Shown piece by piece: positions 28,067-37,593 of a stretch of 64,000 nucleotides of DNA. This DNA is from Candidatus Eremiobacteria bacterium (GTDB taxonomy: Bacteria; Vulcanimicrobiota; Vulcanimicrobiia; Vulcanimicrobiales; Vulcanimicrobiaceae). The translations under genes were made by a program, and so were the position numbers. Position 1 is the stretch's first letter; each line of letters opens with the position of its first letter. Location of the stretch: assembly GCA_963737065.1 (NCBI GenBank), contig CAVTRC010000002.1, positions 480,001 to 544,000 on the forward strand. The letters run 5' to 3'. The notes beneath the pieces were generated by a model. The model had not been told where the DNA came from and made no database searches. It saw only the letters and a program-made list of their open reading frames with translations.

Positions 28067-28398
28067 GCGTTTTGTTCCAGATCTGAGAGCTGCGCGAGCA
28101 CGCTTTGCGTCGCTTCAATGCGCTTGACGGCAACGCCGCGTTCGGCCATGAGGTTGAAGACCACTTGATTGGCATGTTCCAAACGGCGGTCGATGTCGCG
28201 CAAATGCCCGCGCGCCTCTCGCTCGAACGGTGCGAAGTACCGGCGCACGGCATCGAGATACGCCGCGCGAGCCTGTTCGTCGATCGTTCCAGCCCGCATG
28301 GCCTCCTCTGCTTTGGTTTGCGCGTTCTTCATCGCGCGGTCGGTGAGATGAAATACACCGACGCGCGCGACGAGCGCAGTAAACACGTCGTCAGACAT
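28063..28398 (-). CDS. Hypothetical helical protein
   Basis: ATG at 28398 overlaps the rph end and the stop overlaps the mlaE start (translational coupling). Confidence 0.7.
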   Translation of the reverse strand: MSDDVFTALVARVGVFHLTDRAMKNAQTKAEEAMRAGTIDEQARAAYLDAVRRYFAPFEREARGHLRDIDRRLEHANQVVFNLMAERGVAVKRIEATQSVLAQLSDLEQNA

Positions 28399-29140
28399 GC
28401 GCCGCGGCCACGATGGGAACGCCCGCTGCGCCGAGCACGCTTCGCTGCACCTCGAAGAGCGAACGAACGCCGCGCTCCGCGAGCGCAAGCATCGTGTCGA
28501 GTTGCTGCCGGTCGAACGGCGCGGCTTCCGCCGTTCCTTGGATCTCAACGTATTTTCCGGCGTCGGTCATGAACACGTTCATATCGGTATGCGCTTGACT
28601 GTCCTCGTCGTATGCGAGGTCGAGCATCGGCGTGCCGGCAACGATGCCGACGCTCGTTGCAGCAATCATTCCGGTGAGCGGCCATTTCGATGCGATGAAG
28701 CTGTGCGCGGCGCGCAATGCGAGCGCAAGCGCTACGTACGCACCGGTTACGGATGCTGTCCGCGTCCCGCCGTCGGCCTGCAACACGTCGCAGTCGATCC
28801 AAACGGTTCGCTCGCCTAACTTTGCGGTGTCGGTTACCGCGCGAAGCGCGCGTCCGATGATCCGTTGAATCTCGTGCGTGCGTCCACCGATTCGCCCTTT
28901 GGCGGACTCGCGTTGCGTTCGTTCTTGTGTCGCGCGCGGCAGCATCGAATACTCCGCGGTGACCCAGCCGAGCCCGCGGCCCTTCATCCACGGCGGCACT
29001 TTGTCATCGACACTAGCGGCGCAGAGGACTCGCGTGTTGCCGACGGTGATGAGCGCGCTGCCTTCGGCGTATTTGAGAAAGCCCGGTTCGATAGAAACCG
29101 GGCGCAGTTCATCGGGCCTCCGCCCGTCGGACCGAATCAT
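28391..29140 (-). CDS. rph: Ribonuclease PH
   Basis: [41 protein letters not shown] motifs. Confidence 0.97.
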   Translation of the reverse strand: MIRSDGRRPDELRPVSIEPGFLKYAEGSALITVGNTRVLCAASVDDKVPPWMKGRGLGWVTAEYSMLPRATQERTQRESAKGRIGGRTHEIQRIIGRALRAVTDTAKLGERTVWIDCDVLQADGGTRTASVTGAYVALALALRAAHSFIASKWPLTGMIAATSVGIVAGTPMLDLAYDEDSQAHTDMNVFMTDAGKYVEIQGTAEAAPFDRQQLDTMLALAERGVRSLFEVQRSVLGAAGVPIVAAAHV

Positions 29141-29158
29141 ATCGGCCGAAGTGTTCGC

Positions 29159-29338
29159 TTATTCCGAACGCGCCGCCTCGTCTTCCGTCAGTCGATCGTA
29201 GATGTGGCGCGCATACCATTGCGGCCAATCTGGATCTGCATGACCTAACCGGTGTTCGTACACCGCATGCGCGCGTTCTGCTTCGCGCAGCATGTCTGCG
29301 AGACGCGCGACCGGATTCTCTCCTAGATCCAGCTGCAT
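29159..29338 (-). CDS. Small 59-aa protein (below the ORF-track cutoff)
   Basis: Manual translation MQLDLGENPVARLADMLREAERAHAVYEHRLGHADPDWPQWYARHIYDRLTEDEAARSE*; fills the gap between the PAS gene and rph. Confidence 0.7.
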   Translation of the reverse strand: MQLDLGENPVARLADMLREAERAHAVYEHRLGHADPDWPQWYARHIYDRLTEDEAARSE

Positions 29339-29354
29339 GCGGCTATTGTTGCGC

Positions 29355-29696
29355 TTATGCTACCGGCTCGCAATACCCCGCCCACGACGAGATCGCTTGC
29401 CCCTCGCGCACCGGAACCGCGACGCCTTGGAACTCGCGGAAAATTCCGTCATGTCCGAGCAGGCGAAAGCGAACGACGTAATTTTCGTTTCCCGGCGCGC
29501 GCGAAGACCACATCGCGCGTACCAACGCCCGGTCATCGGGATGAACGCACGCAATCCATGCGTCCGCGCTGCCGCACACTTCTCCATCCGGTACGCCGGT
29601 GTAACGCGCCCAGTCACGATTGAGAAACGTGATGCGTCCGCTCGCATCGGCCGTCCAACGGATCGCAATAGAATCGACCGGCCTAGACACAATCAT
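29355..29696 (-). CDS. Stand-alone PAS domain protein
   Basis: W.AD..G...FLN..W..YTG, W..CVHPDD, RFRL..DG pattern. Confidence 0.8.
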   Translation of the reverse strand: MIVSRPVDSIAIRWTADASGRITFLNRDWARYTGVPDGEVCGSADAWIACVHPDDRALVRAMWSSRAPGNENYVVRFRLLGHDGIFREFQGVAVPVREGQAISSWAGYCEPVA

Positions 29697-29788
29697 CGTC
29701 GAGACACCTCCACTCGAAAACCTTGTGCCCGCATGCTTGCCGACTTAAACGACGTTGCGCTGTTCCGAGCCAGCGAGTCGAATCGTTA

Positions 29789-31627
29789 CTATTCGACGGT
29801 AACGGTTTTCGCTAGATTGCGCGGCTGATCGACGTCCTTACCTTCGATATCGGCGATGTGGTATGCCAATAACTGTAGCGGGATGACGTTGACGATGGGC
29901 GAGAGCAGCTCGTCCACTTTCGGAACCCAGAAGACGTAATCTGCAACGGAACGCGCTTCTTCATCCCCGTGGTTTGCGACGACGATGATCGGCGCTTCGC
30001 GTGCTTTGGACTCCATCAAGTTCGAGAGAATCTTATCGCGCACGCGACCGTCGGTCATGATGCCGATGACCGGCGTTTCGACGTCCAGCAATGCGATCGG
30101 GCCGTGCTTCATTTCGCCCGCAGCATAGCCCTCGGCGTGGATGTAACTGATCTCTTTGAGTTTGAGCGCGCCTTCGAGTGCCGTGGGATAGTTGATGTAT
30201 CGCCCGATGAAGAGACAGCTGCGCATCTTGCGGATCTTGCGCGCGACGTCTCGGATGTAGTCCGACGTATTGAGCACGACGTCCACGGATGCCGGAAGCA
30301 GCTTCGTATTCGCGCCGATCTCTTTGAGGCGTTTGGGGTCGACCGTACCGCGCACCTTCGCCATGTACAGCGAGAACAACGTCATCGCGGTGACCTGCGA
30401 CACGTACGTCTTCGTCGCCGCAACGCCAATTTCGGGACCGCCGCGCGTGTAGAGTGTACCGTCTGCGATGCGCGTTAAATGGGAACCCAATACGTTGCAG
30501 ATACCGAGAATCGACGTTCCCGCGTCTTTCGCGATGCGTACGGCTTCAATCGTGTCCGCCGTTTCGCCCGACTGCGACATCGCGATGACGAGCGCGGTCG
30601 AATCGATGACGGGGTCGCCGTAACGAAATTCGCTTGCGAGTTCCATTTCGACCGGCAGCTTCACGAGCGATCGAAGCAGATACATGCCGACCATGCCGGC
30701 GTGATACGCGGTTCCGCAACCCGTAATGGCAATCTTTGAGATCTGACGCAGCCGCTCGTCGTCGATACCGATCTCCGCGCCGAGATGAACGTGGCCGTCT
30801 TCGTCGATGCGACCGGCGAGCGTCTCTTTAATGACGTTGGGCTGCTCGAAAATCTCCTTGAGCATGAAATGCTTGTAGCCGCTCTTTTCCGCGGACGTGG
30901 CATCCCACGTGACGTTGATGACGTCGCGTGCGATCGGCGTGCCGTCGTACCGCATCAGCCGGTAGCCCGTGCGTCCGACGACCACCATCTCCCCCTCTTG
31001 GAGAATGATTTCACGTCGGGTGTAGGGCAGTATTGCGGGCGTGTCGGAGGCGACGTACATCTCGCCTTCGCCGATGCCGACGACGAGCGGGCTTGCGCCG
31101 TTGCGCGCGAAAAGCAACTCCTCGGGATTGTCGCTGGAAATAACGCCGAGCGCGTACGCACCGCGTACTTCGGCGAGCGTTTTACGAACCGCGCCTTCGA
31201 GGTCACCGTCGTAGTGCAACTCGATCAAGTGCGCGAGGACCTCCGTGTCCGTCTCGCTCTTGAAGATATGGCCGAGCTCGATGAGCTTCGCGCGCAACGT
31301 CGCGTAGTTCTCAATGATGCCGTTGTGAACGACCGCGATGTTCCCGGTACAATCCATGTGCGGGTGTGCGTTCGCATCGTTCGGACGGCCGTGCGTCGCC
31401 CAACGCGTGTGGCCAACGCCGACGCATCCCGAGATGCGTCCGCCGTTCTTGAGGCGCTCGGCGAGACGCGAAAGCTTGCCTTCCGCCTTCGTTCCCGTCA
31501 GCGCGCCGCGCTCGTCGATCACCGCAATCCCGGCGCTGTCATACCCGCGGTACTCGAGCCGCGCGAGCGAATCCAAAATGATCGGAACGCTATCGCGCTC
31601 GCCGATATACCCAACGATCCCGCACAT
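29789..31627 (-). CDS. glmS: Glutamine--fructose-6-phosphate transaminase
   Basis: MCGIVG start (ATG 31627), EYRGYDSAG, GHTRWATHG, SQSGETADT, PRNLAKTVTVE. Confidence 0.98.
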   Translation of the reverse strand: MCGIVGYIGERDSVPIILDSLARLEYRGYDSAGIAVIDERGALTGTKAEGKLSRLAERLKNGGRISGCVGVGHTRWATHGRPNDANAHPHMDCTGNIAVVHNGIIENYATLRAKLIELGHIFKSETDTEVLAHLIELHYDGDLEGAVRKTLAEVRGAYALGVISSDNPEELLFARNGASPLVVGIGEGEMYVASDTPAILPYTRREIILQEGEMVVVGRTGYRLMRYDGTPIARDVINVTWDATSAEKSGYKHFMLKEIFEQPNVIKETLAGRIDEDGHVHLGAEIGIDDERLRQISKIAITGCGTAYHAGMVGMYLLRSLVKLPVEMELASEFRYGDPVIDSTALVIAMSQSGETADTIEAVRIAKDAGTSILGICNVLGSHLTRIADGTLYTRGGPEIGVAATKTYVSQVTAMTLFSLYMAKVRGTVDPKRLKEIGANTKLLPASVDVVLNTSDYIRDVARKIRKMRSCLFIGRYINYPTALEGALKLKEISYIHAEGYAAGEMKHGPIALLDVETPVIGIMTDGRVRDKILSNLMESKAREAPIIVVANHGDEEARSVADYVFWVPKVDELLSPIVNVIPLQLLAYHIADIEGKDVDQPRNLAKTVTVE

Positions 31628-31730
31628 CAGGATTTCCCTCCGGTAAATCCGCGGCGCTTGCCCCTTCGGGACGAGGCGCACGAATGAAACAAACTACAGT
31701 CCTCTACCAAGCGACAAGCCGAAGGCTTTG

Positions 31731-32003
31731 TTACTTGATACCCTCTTTCGTCCGATGGTAAGCAATCGTACCGTCCGCGATTTCGTCGAGCGCAATCGAG
31801 ACGGGCTTGTTCGGGTTGATATCGTCCTTCTCGACGAGCGGCTCGCTCGCAAAATACTCGCGGCGATCCGACGGAGGCAGCTGCTGAACGCGAATCCAGT
31901 TGTTCAACTGCCGGGCGCGTTTCGTGACGATGTTGACCAGACTGAACTTCGAATCAGCGTGCTTCAAAAGCGCGTCGAGATCTCCAAAAACCGTTTTGCT
32001 CAT
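31731..32003 (-). CDS. rpoZ: RNA polymerase omega subunit
   Basis: SKFSLV...KRARQL, KPVSIALDEI; downstream of gmk. Confidence 0.92.
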   Translation of the reverse strand: MSKTVFGDLDALLKHADSKFSLVNIVTKRARQLNNWIRVQQLPPSDRREYFASEPLVEKDDINPNKPVSIALDEIADGTIAYHRTKEGIK

Positions 32004-32008
32004 TCATT

Positions 32009-32127
32009 CCCCAAAGTCGTAAACGACTTCGGGGACCCCTTTTGCTCGAAAGGCACTCCGTACTTCGTACTGCGCGCCCCCGTCTCGAAGCCGCCGGGGC
32101 CCCCAAATTCGCTTGTAAGCGTTTGTG
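32009..32127. repeat. Single diverged copy of the ~100-bp hairpin element, inverted relative to the 26-kb array
   Basis: Reverse strand reads TTGGGGGCCCC..GGGGGCGCGCA-GTAC-GAA-GTAC-GGAGTGCC-12 nt-GGGGTCCCC..TTGGGG, collinear with the array unit. Confidence 0.8.
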
Positions 32128-32748
32128 TCAAGTAAGTTCGACGTTCTTCAATGAATCGTCGCTGTAGCGGTGGATGCGGAACCGTTCCGCTTGCAGTATC
32201 GCCTGCAAGTCGCGTATCGCATCCTCGGAGCGTCCCTGCTCGTTGATGACGATGTAGTCGAAGTCCCGAATCGACCTCATTTCCTGATGCGCGATTTCCA
32301 ACCGTTGCGCAATTTGCTCGTTTGTTTCGGTGCGGCGCGCGAGCAGCCGCTCGACGAGAACCGAAAATTTGTCCGGGACCAGAAAAATCAAGACGGCGTC
32401 AGGATACGCGGCCTTGATTCTTAGCGCGCCGTTGACTTCCGGCTTCATGATAACATCGTAGCCGTCGGTCAGCATCTTTTGCACGTAATCGCGCGGCATC
32501 CCGTAGAGGTTGCCCTCGTATTCGCGCGTTTCGATGAATTCACCGGCCCGCGCCCGTTCTAAGAATACGTCGCGATGCAAAAACAAGTAGTGCTCGCCGT
32601 CGATTTCGCCGCGGCGCGGCTCGCGCGTCGTGGCCGAAACCGAATACCGCAGACGCGGCAACCGTTCCAGCAGCGCCTCGACTAACGTATCCTTGCCGGC
32701 CCCGGAAGGACCTGAAACGATGAAGAGCAGTCCGGGCCCGGTGATCAA
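32128..32748 (-). CDS. gmk: Guanylate kinase
   Basis: SGPSGAGK, SVSATTR.PR.GE.DG..Y.F, GNLYG motifs. Confidence 0.96.
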   Translation of the reverse strand: MITGPGLLFIVSGPSGAGKDTLVEALLERLPRLRYSVSATTREPRRGEIDGEHYLFLHRDVFLERARAGEFIETREYEGNLYGMPRDYVQKMLTDGYDVIMKPEVNGALRIKAAYPDAVLIFLVPDKFSVLVERLLARRTETNEQIAQRLEIAHQEMRSIRDFDYIVINEQGRSEDAIRDLQAILQAERFRIHRYSDDSLKNVELT

Positions 32749-32817
32749 ACAGACTCCCTAGAGGCGAGCGCGGCGAAAGCAGCATGTTTTCCCACCCCGC
32801 GGAGAGGAAACCTGGTC

Positions 32818-34308
32818 ATGGCTCTATCGCTTGCCTCGGTGCTTGCGGAGTCCGCTCGCCGGCATCCGGAGCGTTGCGCGATCATTTTCGGCGCTCAACG
32901 CATCTCCTACGCCGAGCTATGGGAGCAGGCGCGCCGCTATGCGGCATTCTTCCGCCGCTCGGGCATTCAGCCGGGCGAACGCATCGCGGTCTTGCTGCTC
33001 AATACACCGGACTTCCCGGCCGCGTACTTCGGCGGGCTCGCCGCCGGCGCGGTCATCGTGCCGGTCCATGCACTGCTCACGCGCGAGGAGATCGCCTATA
33101 TCCTCACGGACGCCGGAGCGAGAATGCTCGTTTGTGCGCCGGAACTTGCCGCGCAGGGGCGCGCCGGCAGCGACGTGGCCGGAACGGCGTTCGTCGAGGC
33201 CGGTCTTCCGCGCGATGAGCCGCTCGATCAGATGTTGCTGCGCGCGCCCGACGACGACGCGGTGGTGCTCTACACCAGCGGCACGACGGGACGGCCGAAG
33301 GGCGCGGTACTCACGCACGACAACCTCGTTTTCAATTGCTCCGTGAGTGCGCAGGATCTGTTTCAAATCCAGCCCGGCGATGTGCTCTTGGGCGCGCTTC
33401 CGCTCTTTCATGCGTTCGGACAGACGTGCGTTATGAATACCGCGTTTCGCGGCGGCGCAACGATGGTGTTGATGCCGCGCTTCGACGGCGACGCAGCGTT
33501 AGCGCTGATGGTGGAGCACGGTGTAACGATGTTTTTGGGCGTTCCGACGATGTACATCGCGCTGCTCGATGCCGCAAAAAGAATCGCGGCTCGTCCTCCG
33601 TTGCGCGCGTGCGCGGCCGGCGGTTCCGCAATTCCCGTGGCCGTGCTCGAACGATTCGAAGCGGTCTTCGGTGCGCCGGTTTATGAGGGCTACGGGCTTT
33701 CGGAGACGTCGCCCGTCGCAAGTTTCAACCAGCGTGACTTCGGCCGTAAACCAGGAACCATCGGCTGCGGCATCTGGGGCGTCGAGCTCGCGATTGCAAA
33801 TGCCGACCGCGACGACCGCATCGAACTTCTTGCGCCGGATGCACTCGGCGAGATCGTCATTCGCGGTCACTGCGTGTTCAAAGGATATTTGAACGATCCG
33901 CACGCCACCCGCGCCGCCGTCGTCGACGGATGGTTCCGCAGCGGCGACCTCGGCAAAGCCGACGCGGACGGGTTCATCACGGTCGTGGATCGTAAGAAAG
34001 ACTTGATCATTCGCGGCGGCTTCAATGTATATCCTCGCGAAGTCGAGGAGGTGATGATGCGTCACCCCGCCGTCAAAGCGGTCGCGGTCATCGGCGTTCC
34101 CCACGATACGCACGGCGAAGAAATCGTCGCGGTCGTCGTGCGCGACGACGCGGAAGATACCACCGCCGACGCATTGATCGCGTGGTCGCAGGAACATCTG
34201 GCTCGGCACAAATATCCGCGTCGCGTGCATTTCGTTGATGCAATGCCCCTCGGCCCGAGCGGGAAAGTACTGAAGCGCGTTCTTCGCGAGCGCGTCTATG
34301 CGCACTGA
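32818..34308 (+). CDS. Long-chain fatty acid--CoA ligase (AMP-binding)
   Basis: YTSGTTGRPKG, EGYGLSETSP, GWFRSGDLG, DRKKDLIIRGG, SGK motifs. Confidence 0.9.
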   Translation: MALSLASVLAESARRHPERCAIIFGAQRISYAELWEQARRYAAFFRRSGIQPGERIAVLLLNTPDFPAAYFGGLAAGAVIVPVHALLTREEIAYILTDAGARMLVCAPELAAQGRAGSDVAGTAFVEAGLPRDEPLDQMLLRAPDDDAVVLYTSGTTGRPKGAVLTHDNLVFNCSVSAQDLFQIQPGDVLLGALPLFHAFGQTCVMNTAFRGGATMVLMPRFDGDAALALMVEHGVTMFLGVPTMYIALLDAAKRIAARPPLRACAAGGSAIPVAVLERFEAVFGAPVYEGYGLSETSPVASFNQRDFGRKPGTIGCGIWGVELAIANADRDDRIELLAPDALGEIVIRGHCVFKGYLNDPHATRAAVVDGWFRSGDLGKADADGFITVVDRKKDLIIRGGFNVYPREVEEVMMRHPAVKAVAVIGVPHDTHGEEIVAVVVRDDAEDTTADALIAWSQEHLARHKYPRRVHFVDAMPLGPSGKVLKRVLRERVYAH

Positions 34309-35662
34309 CTGGCGGTTGATCCGGCGCGCGGCGGCGGAGATTCAGTCGCGCTTTGCCGGTGCTCGCGTTGCCGATGTCGGGCTCTTGCCCGACCGGCGCG
34401 TCGCGCTTGCGCTTAACCGCCGCGGCGAAGACACGCTGCTCGCCTTCGATCTCTTCGGAACGCCGCCGCTCGTCACCGTCGAACGCGATGCGCTGCCAAT
34501 TGCCGCCGAACCCGGCTTCGTGCGCGCGGCCGGCGCGGCGTTGCGCGGAACAACGCTGCAAGGGGCGCAGTCGCGCACCGGTGACAGAGTTATGCGATTG
34601 TGCTTTGGTACGCGCTCGCGATTCGGTGTCGGCAATGAAGTGACGCTCTACGTTGAGCTCGTTCCACGATTCGGAAATCTGGTGCTCGTCAAGCGCGACG
34701 TCGTCGTTGCCGCGTTCAAAGAGTTCTCGCTCGCGGAGAACGGCACGCGCGCGGTGCAAGCAGGTATGCAGTACCAGCCCCCTCCGCTCGTGGCGCGCGA
34801 AGCACCGGCGGCCGACATTTCGGACGAGAGCTCGGTGCTCGATGCATTCAAACGATATCGCGATTCGAAGGTCGGATCGGGAGAGCGCGCGCGGACGATG
34901 CAGCGCCGCGCGCAGCTGTGCAAACGGCTCCACGCGCGAGAACGAAAACTGCTCGACGAGCGTCGTAAACTCGCCGAAAAACGGGCCAAGTCGCTGGCGC
35001 GCGAGTCACTGCGCGAAGAAGGCGCATCGATCTTCGCGACGTTGCACGAGCGCGACGAGAGCGAACGAGATGCAGCGAAGGAACGCGCGGCAAAGCTGTT
35101 CGCGCAATACAAAAAACTCGGCGTGTCTCTGCCGCACATCGAGGCCCGTGCGGACGTAATCGAAAGCGCGTTGCGCGCGGTGGAAGAGTTGCTATGGGAG
35201 GCGGAACGCGCCGAAGACGCTGATCTTTCGGATGTCGAGCGCGCGGTCGCGCAACTCGACGGACGTCCGGGCGAAACGGCGCGTTCGCAGTCGAAGAAAC
35301 GCAAGCGCGCTCCGCTGGAAATACGTACGGCGCGGGGTTCACGCATTCTGATCGGACGCTCGCCGAGCGAGAACGCTGAATTGACGTTCCATGTCGCGCG
35401 ACCGTACGATCTGTGGTTTCACGCGCAAAACATTCCCGGTGCGCATGTCATTTTACAACGCGACGATCGCAGCGATCCGCCGCCTGACGATGTTCACCGC
35501 GCTGCAGCGCTGGCGGCATTCCATTCGAAAGCGAAAGCGAGCACGAAAGTACCGATCGACTATACCGAACGCAAACACGTTCGTGCGCAGCGCGACGCGC
35601 CGCCGGGTCTTGTCTGGTACACGAATCCTCGCACGCTCGTCGTCGAGCCGCAAGCATCGTGA
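34298..35662 (+). CDS. NFACT/RqcH (FbpA)-family ribosome quality-control protein
   Basis: DRV.RL, VEL..RFGN, coiled coil, IGRS..EN..LT, DLWFHAQNIPGAHV, IDYT.RKHV, PG.V.Y motifs. Confidence 0.85.
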   Translation: MRTDWRLIRRAAAEIQSRFAGARVADVGLLPDRRVALALNRRGEDTLLAFDLFGTPPLVTVERDALPIAAEPGFVRAAGAALRGTTLQGAQSRTGDRVMRLCFGTRSRFGVGNEVTLYVELVPRFGNLVLVKRDVVVAAFKEFSLAENGTRAVQAGMQYQPPPLVAREAPAADISDESSVLDAFKRYRDSKVGSGERARTMQRRAQLCKRLHARERKLLDERRKLAEKRAKSLARESLREEGASIFATLHERDESERDAAKERAAKLFAQYKKLGVSLPHIEARADVIESALRAVEELLWEAERAEDADLSDVERAVAQLDGRPGETARSQSKKRKRAPLEIRTARGSRILIGRSPSENAELTFHVARPYDLWFHAQNIPGAHVILQRDDRSDPPPDDVHRAAALAAFHSKAKASTKVPIDYTERKHVRAQRDAPPGLVWYTNPRTLVVEPQAS

Positions 35663-35694
35663 TCGCAGACCAACGCGCTAAACGACAAACGAAC

Positions 35695-35720
35695 GGGGCG
35701 GCTCGTAATAGCCACCCCGC
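35695..35720. terminator. Hairpin between convergent genes
   Basis: CGGGGCGGCT/AGCCACCCCG stem. Confidence 0.5.
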
Positions 35721-35751
35721 TCCTCATCACGCTTGTTGGGATCCGCACCGG

Positions 35752-35949
35752 TTATTCCGGCAGTTGCGGATCGTCGTCGTCGGGCGTTTCGGACGCCATC
35801 GACGATGGCGGATCGCTTGCCGGAAACGAGTCGGCGTCTGTCTTGTCGTATCCGCGTAACCGGTCGTTGGATTCGGCTGCGCGCTCTTGCTGACGCAGCA
35901 TCTCAGCGTCTTTCGTGTCCAGCTCTCTGCGGATGTCTCGGTCGTTCAT
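35752..35949 (-). CDS. Small acidic protein with SFPASDPP motif
   Basis: DSFPASDPPS motif; ATG at 35949 shortly after the sod stop. Confidence 0.7.
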   Translation of the reverse strand: MNDRDIRRELDTKDAEMLRQQERAAESNDRLRGYDKTDADSFPASDPPSSMASETPDDDDPQLPE

Positions 35950-35966
35950 GAGGCATGCGTTCCCGC

Positions 35967-36581
35967 TTACGGAAGACGCGATTCGCACGCGCCCCAGTTA
36001 ATGTTGGCGATGAACGCCTCGATGTACTTGCCTTTCTCCGCAGGCTTATAGTCGCGGAACCAGGCGTGTTCCCACAGATCCATGACGATAATGGGCTCGC
36101 AGCCGGCAAGATTGTTCACGTTGTGATCGCCGATCCACGCGTTGACGATCTGATTCGATTGTGGATCAAAGTAAGCGATCGCCCAACCAATACCGCGCAT
36201 CCCGCCGATCGCCGCGAACTCCTTCTTCCACCCGTCGAATCCGCCGTACGGCCCGCTCAAAAGATCGTAGAGGTGCCCCGATTGGGGCTGCGTCGGATTC
36301 TTCGTAAGATTATCGAAGTAGTATTCGTGCAGCCGCATGCCGTCGAATTCCCAGCCGAGGCGACGAACGAGTTCGGCGAACGCGGGATCCGCGCCGCTCG
36401 CTTTACCGGCTGCGCGTAACTCGCCGATGCGCTCGTTGAGCGTATTCGTGTTTTTCACGTAGCCTTCGTAGAGGCCGAAGTGGATCTGCAGCGTCTCGTC
36501 GGAAATGCCTTGGAGGCCCGACAGATCCCATTTCTTTGGTGTATACGATTGAATTGCGGTATTTGCAGTCATCAAAATCAA
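35967..36581 (-). CDS. Fe/Mn superoxide dismutase, divergent type
   Basis: Ligand-bearing motifs IHFGLYEGYV, LHEYYFDNL and DLWEHAW..DY. Confidence 0.85.
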   Translation of the reverse strand: MILMTANTAIQSYTPKKWDLSGLQGISDETLQIHFGLYEGYVKNTNTLNERIGELRAAGKASGADPAFAELVRRLGWEFDGMRLHEYYFDNLTKNPTQPQSGHLYDLLSGPYGGFDGWKKEFAAIGGMRGIGWAIAYFDPQSNQIVNAWIGDHNVNNLAGCEPIIVMDLWEHAWFRDYKPAEKGKYIEAFIANINWGACESRLP

Positions 36582-36654
36582 CCAATCTCCTAGCAGAGGC
36601 CTAGGGATTCGCTCTCACAACCCTGTTCCTTCTAGTGACGATTCGCTGCTTGCG

Positions 36655-37230
36655 TTATGGATGATTGTCGGCAGGAAGTGCATCGGCGGGAATGGGAGCC
36701 GGCGTGCGCGTTGTTGCGACACCGCACGTAGCCGTCTCTTGCGCGACCGTCGCGACGTATTTTTGTCCTTTTGCAATTTCAACCGCGGTCATTTTGTGAA
36801 ACCGCTTCGGCGGGTGGTATTCCGACCGAACGAACGACAGCCGCAAATGCCCGCCACAGTAGGTGTTCACGTCCGTTACCGAGATGCGCAGGTTTGCGCC
36901 TTTGCTCATTGCCTTGTTCGCGGCGCCGCCTGCAACGGCGCCCACCGGCCCAAGAACGCCCGCAACCGTACCCGCGCGCGCTTTCCGGCCTTGTTGTGCA
37001 TCCTCCACAACGCCTTGCGCTTTGTCGCCTTCGCGGACGACGATTACGCCGTCGACTATGACGTCTTGCGTCACGACGTACGCAACACGCTCGCCGGGCT
37101 GAAACGTCGCGGAATTGACCGCATTGTACGTTTCGACGACGACCGGCGTATTTTTCGGCACGTGCGCGGTCGTCGTAGCGGCGCAAGCGAGAACCGCCAG
37201 GCACAACACGCCGGCCCGCGAACCGTTCAT
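36655..37230 (-). CDS. Secreted hypothetical protein
   Basis: Signal peptide from ATG 37230, beta-rich body with a glycine-zipper-like insert. Confidence 0.65.
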   Translation of the reverse strand: MNGSRAGVLCLAVLACAATTTAHVPKNTPVVVETYNAVNSATFQPGERVAYVVTQDVIVDGVIVVREGDKAQGVVEDAQQGRKARAGTVAGVLGPVGAVAGGAANKAMSKGANLRISVTDVNTYCGGHLRLSFVRSEYHPPKRFHKMTAVEIAKGQKYVATVAQETATCGVATTRTPAPIPADALPADNHP

Positions 37231-37568
37231 TTGATCAGCACTACATTGTCGAACGACCGCTTTCGCGCTTGGAACTTTTCGTGAAACGTTCCCGTTACGG
37301 TCGCCGTATCGCCGTCGGAATACTTCGATGCGTTCGTTTCGTCGATCGTGACAACACATTTCTTATCGCACACTTGGAATGCAGCTACCGTTCCCATCGG
37401 CGTCTTGCTCGTTTGGAAGTGCGCGACCTTGCCGGTAACCGTTACCGTCTGCCCTTCAAATGACGACGGGTTCGCGAGCAACGATGAAGGCGTTAGCTCC
37501 GCGGCATTGGCGGGTGCAGTGAGAACGGCGAGAAGCGAGCATGCGGCAAAAATGCTAAAGCGTGACAT
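37227..37568 (-). CDS. Secreted OB-fold-like protein
   Basis: Signal peptide; NPSSFEGQTVTVTG and GDTATVTGTF strands. Confidence 0.65.
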   Translation of the reverse strand: MSRFSIFAACSLLAVLTAPANAAELTPSSLLANPSSFEGQTVTVTGKVAHFQTSKTPMGTVAAFQVCDKKCVVTIDETNASKYSDGDTATVTGTFHEKFQARKRSFDNVVLIK

Positions 37569-37593
37569 ATAGAGCTCCTAAAATGTATCGGTG

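Noticed and set aside
31628..31730. glmS ribozyme
   Set aside because: The spacer is short and the core motifs are not in the right order on the sense strand; GACGAGG appears only on the antisense strand.
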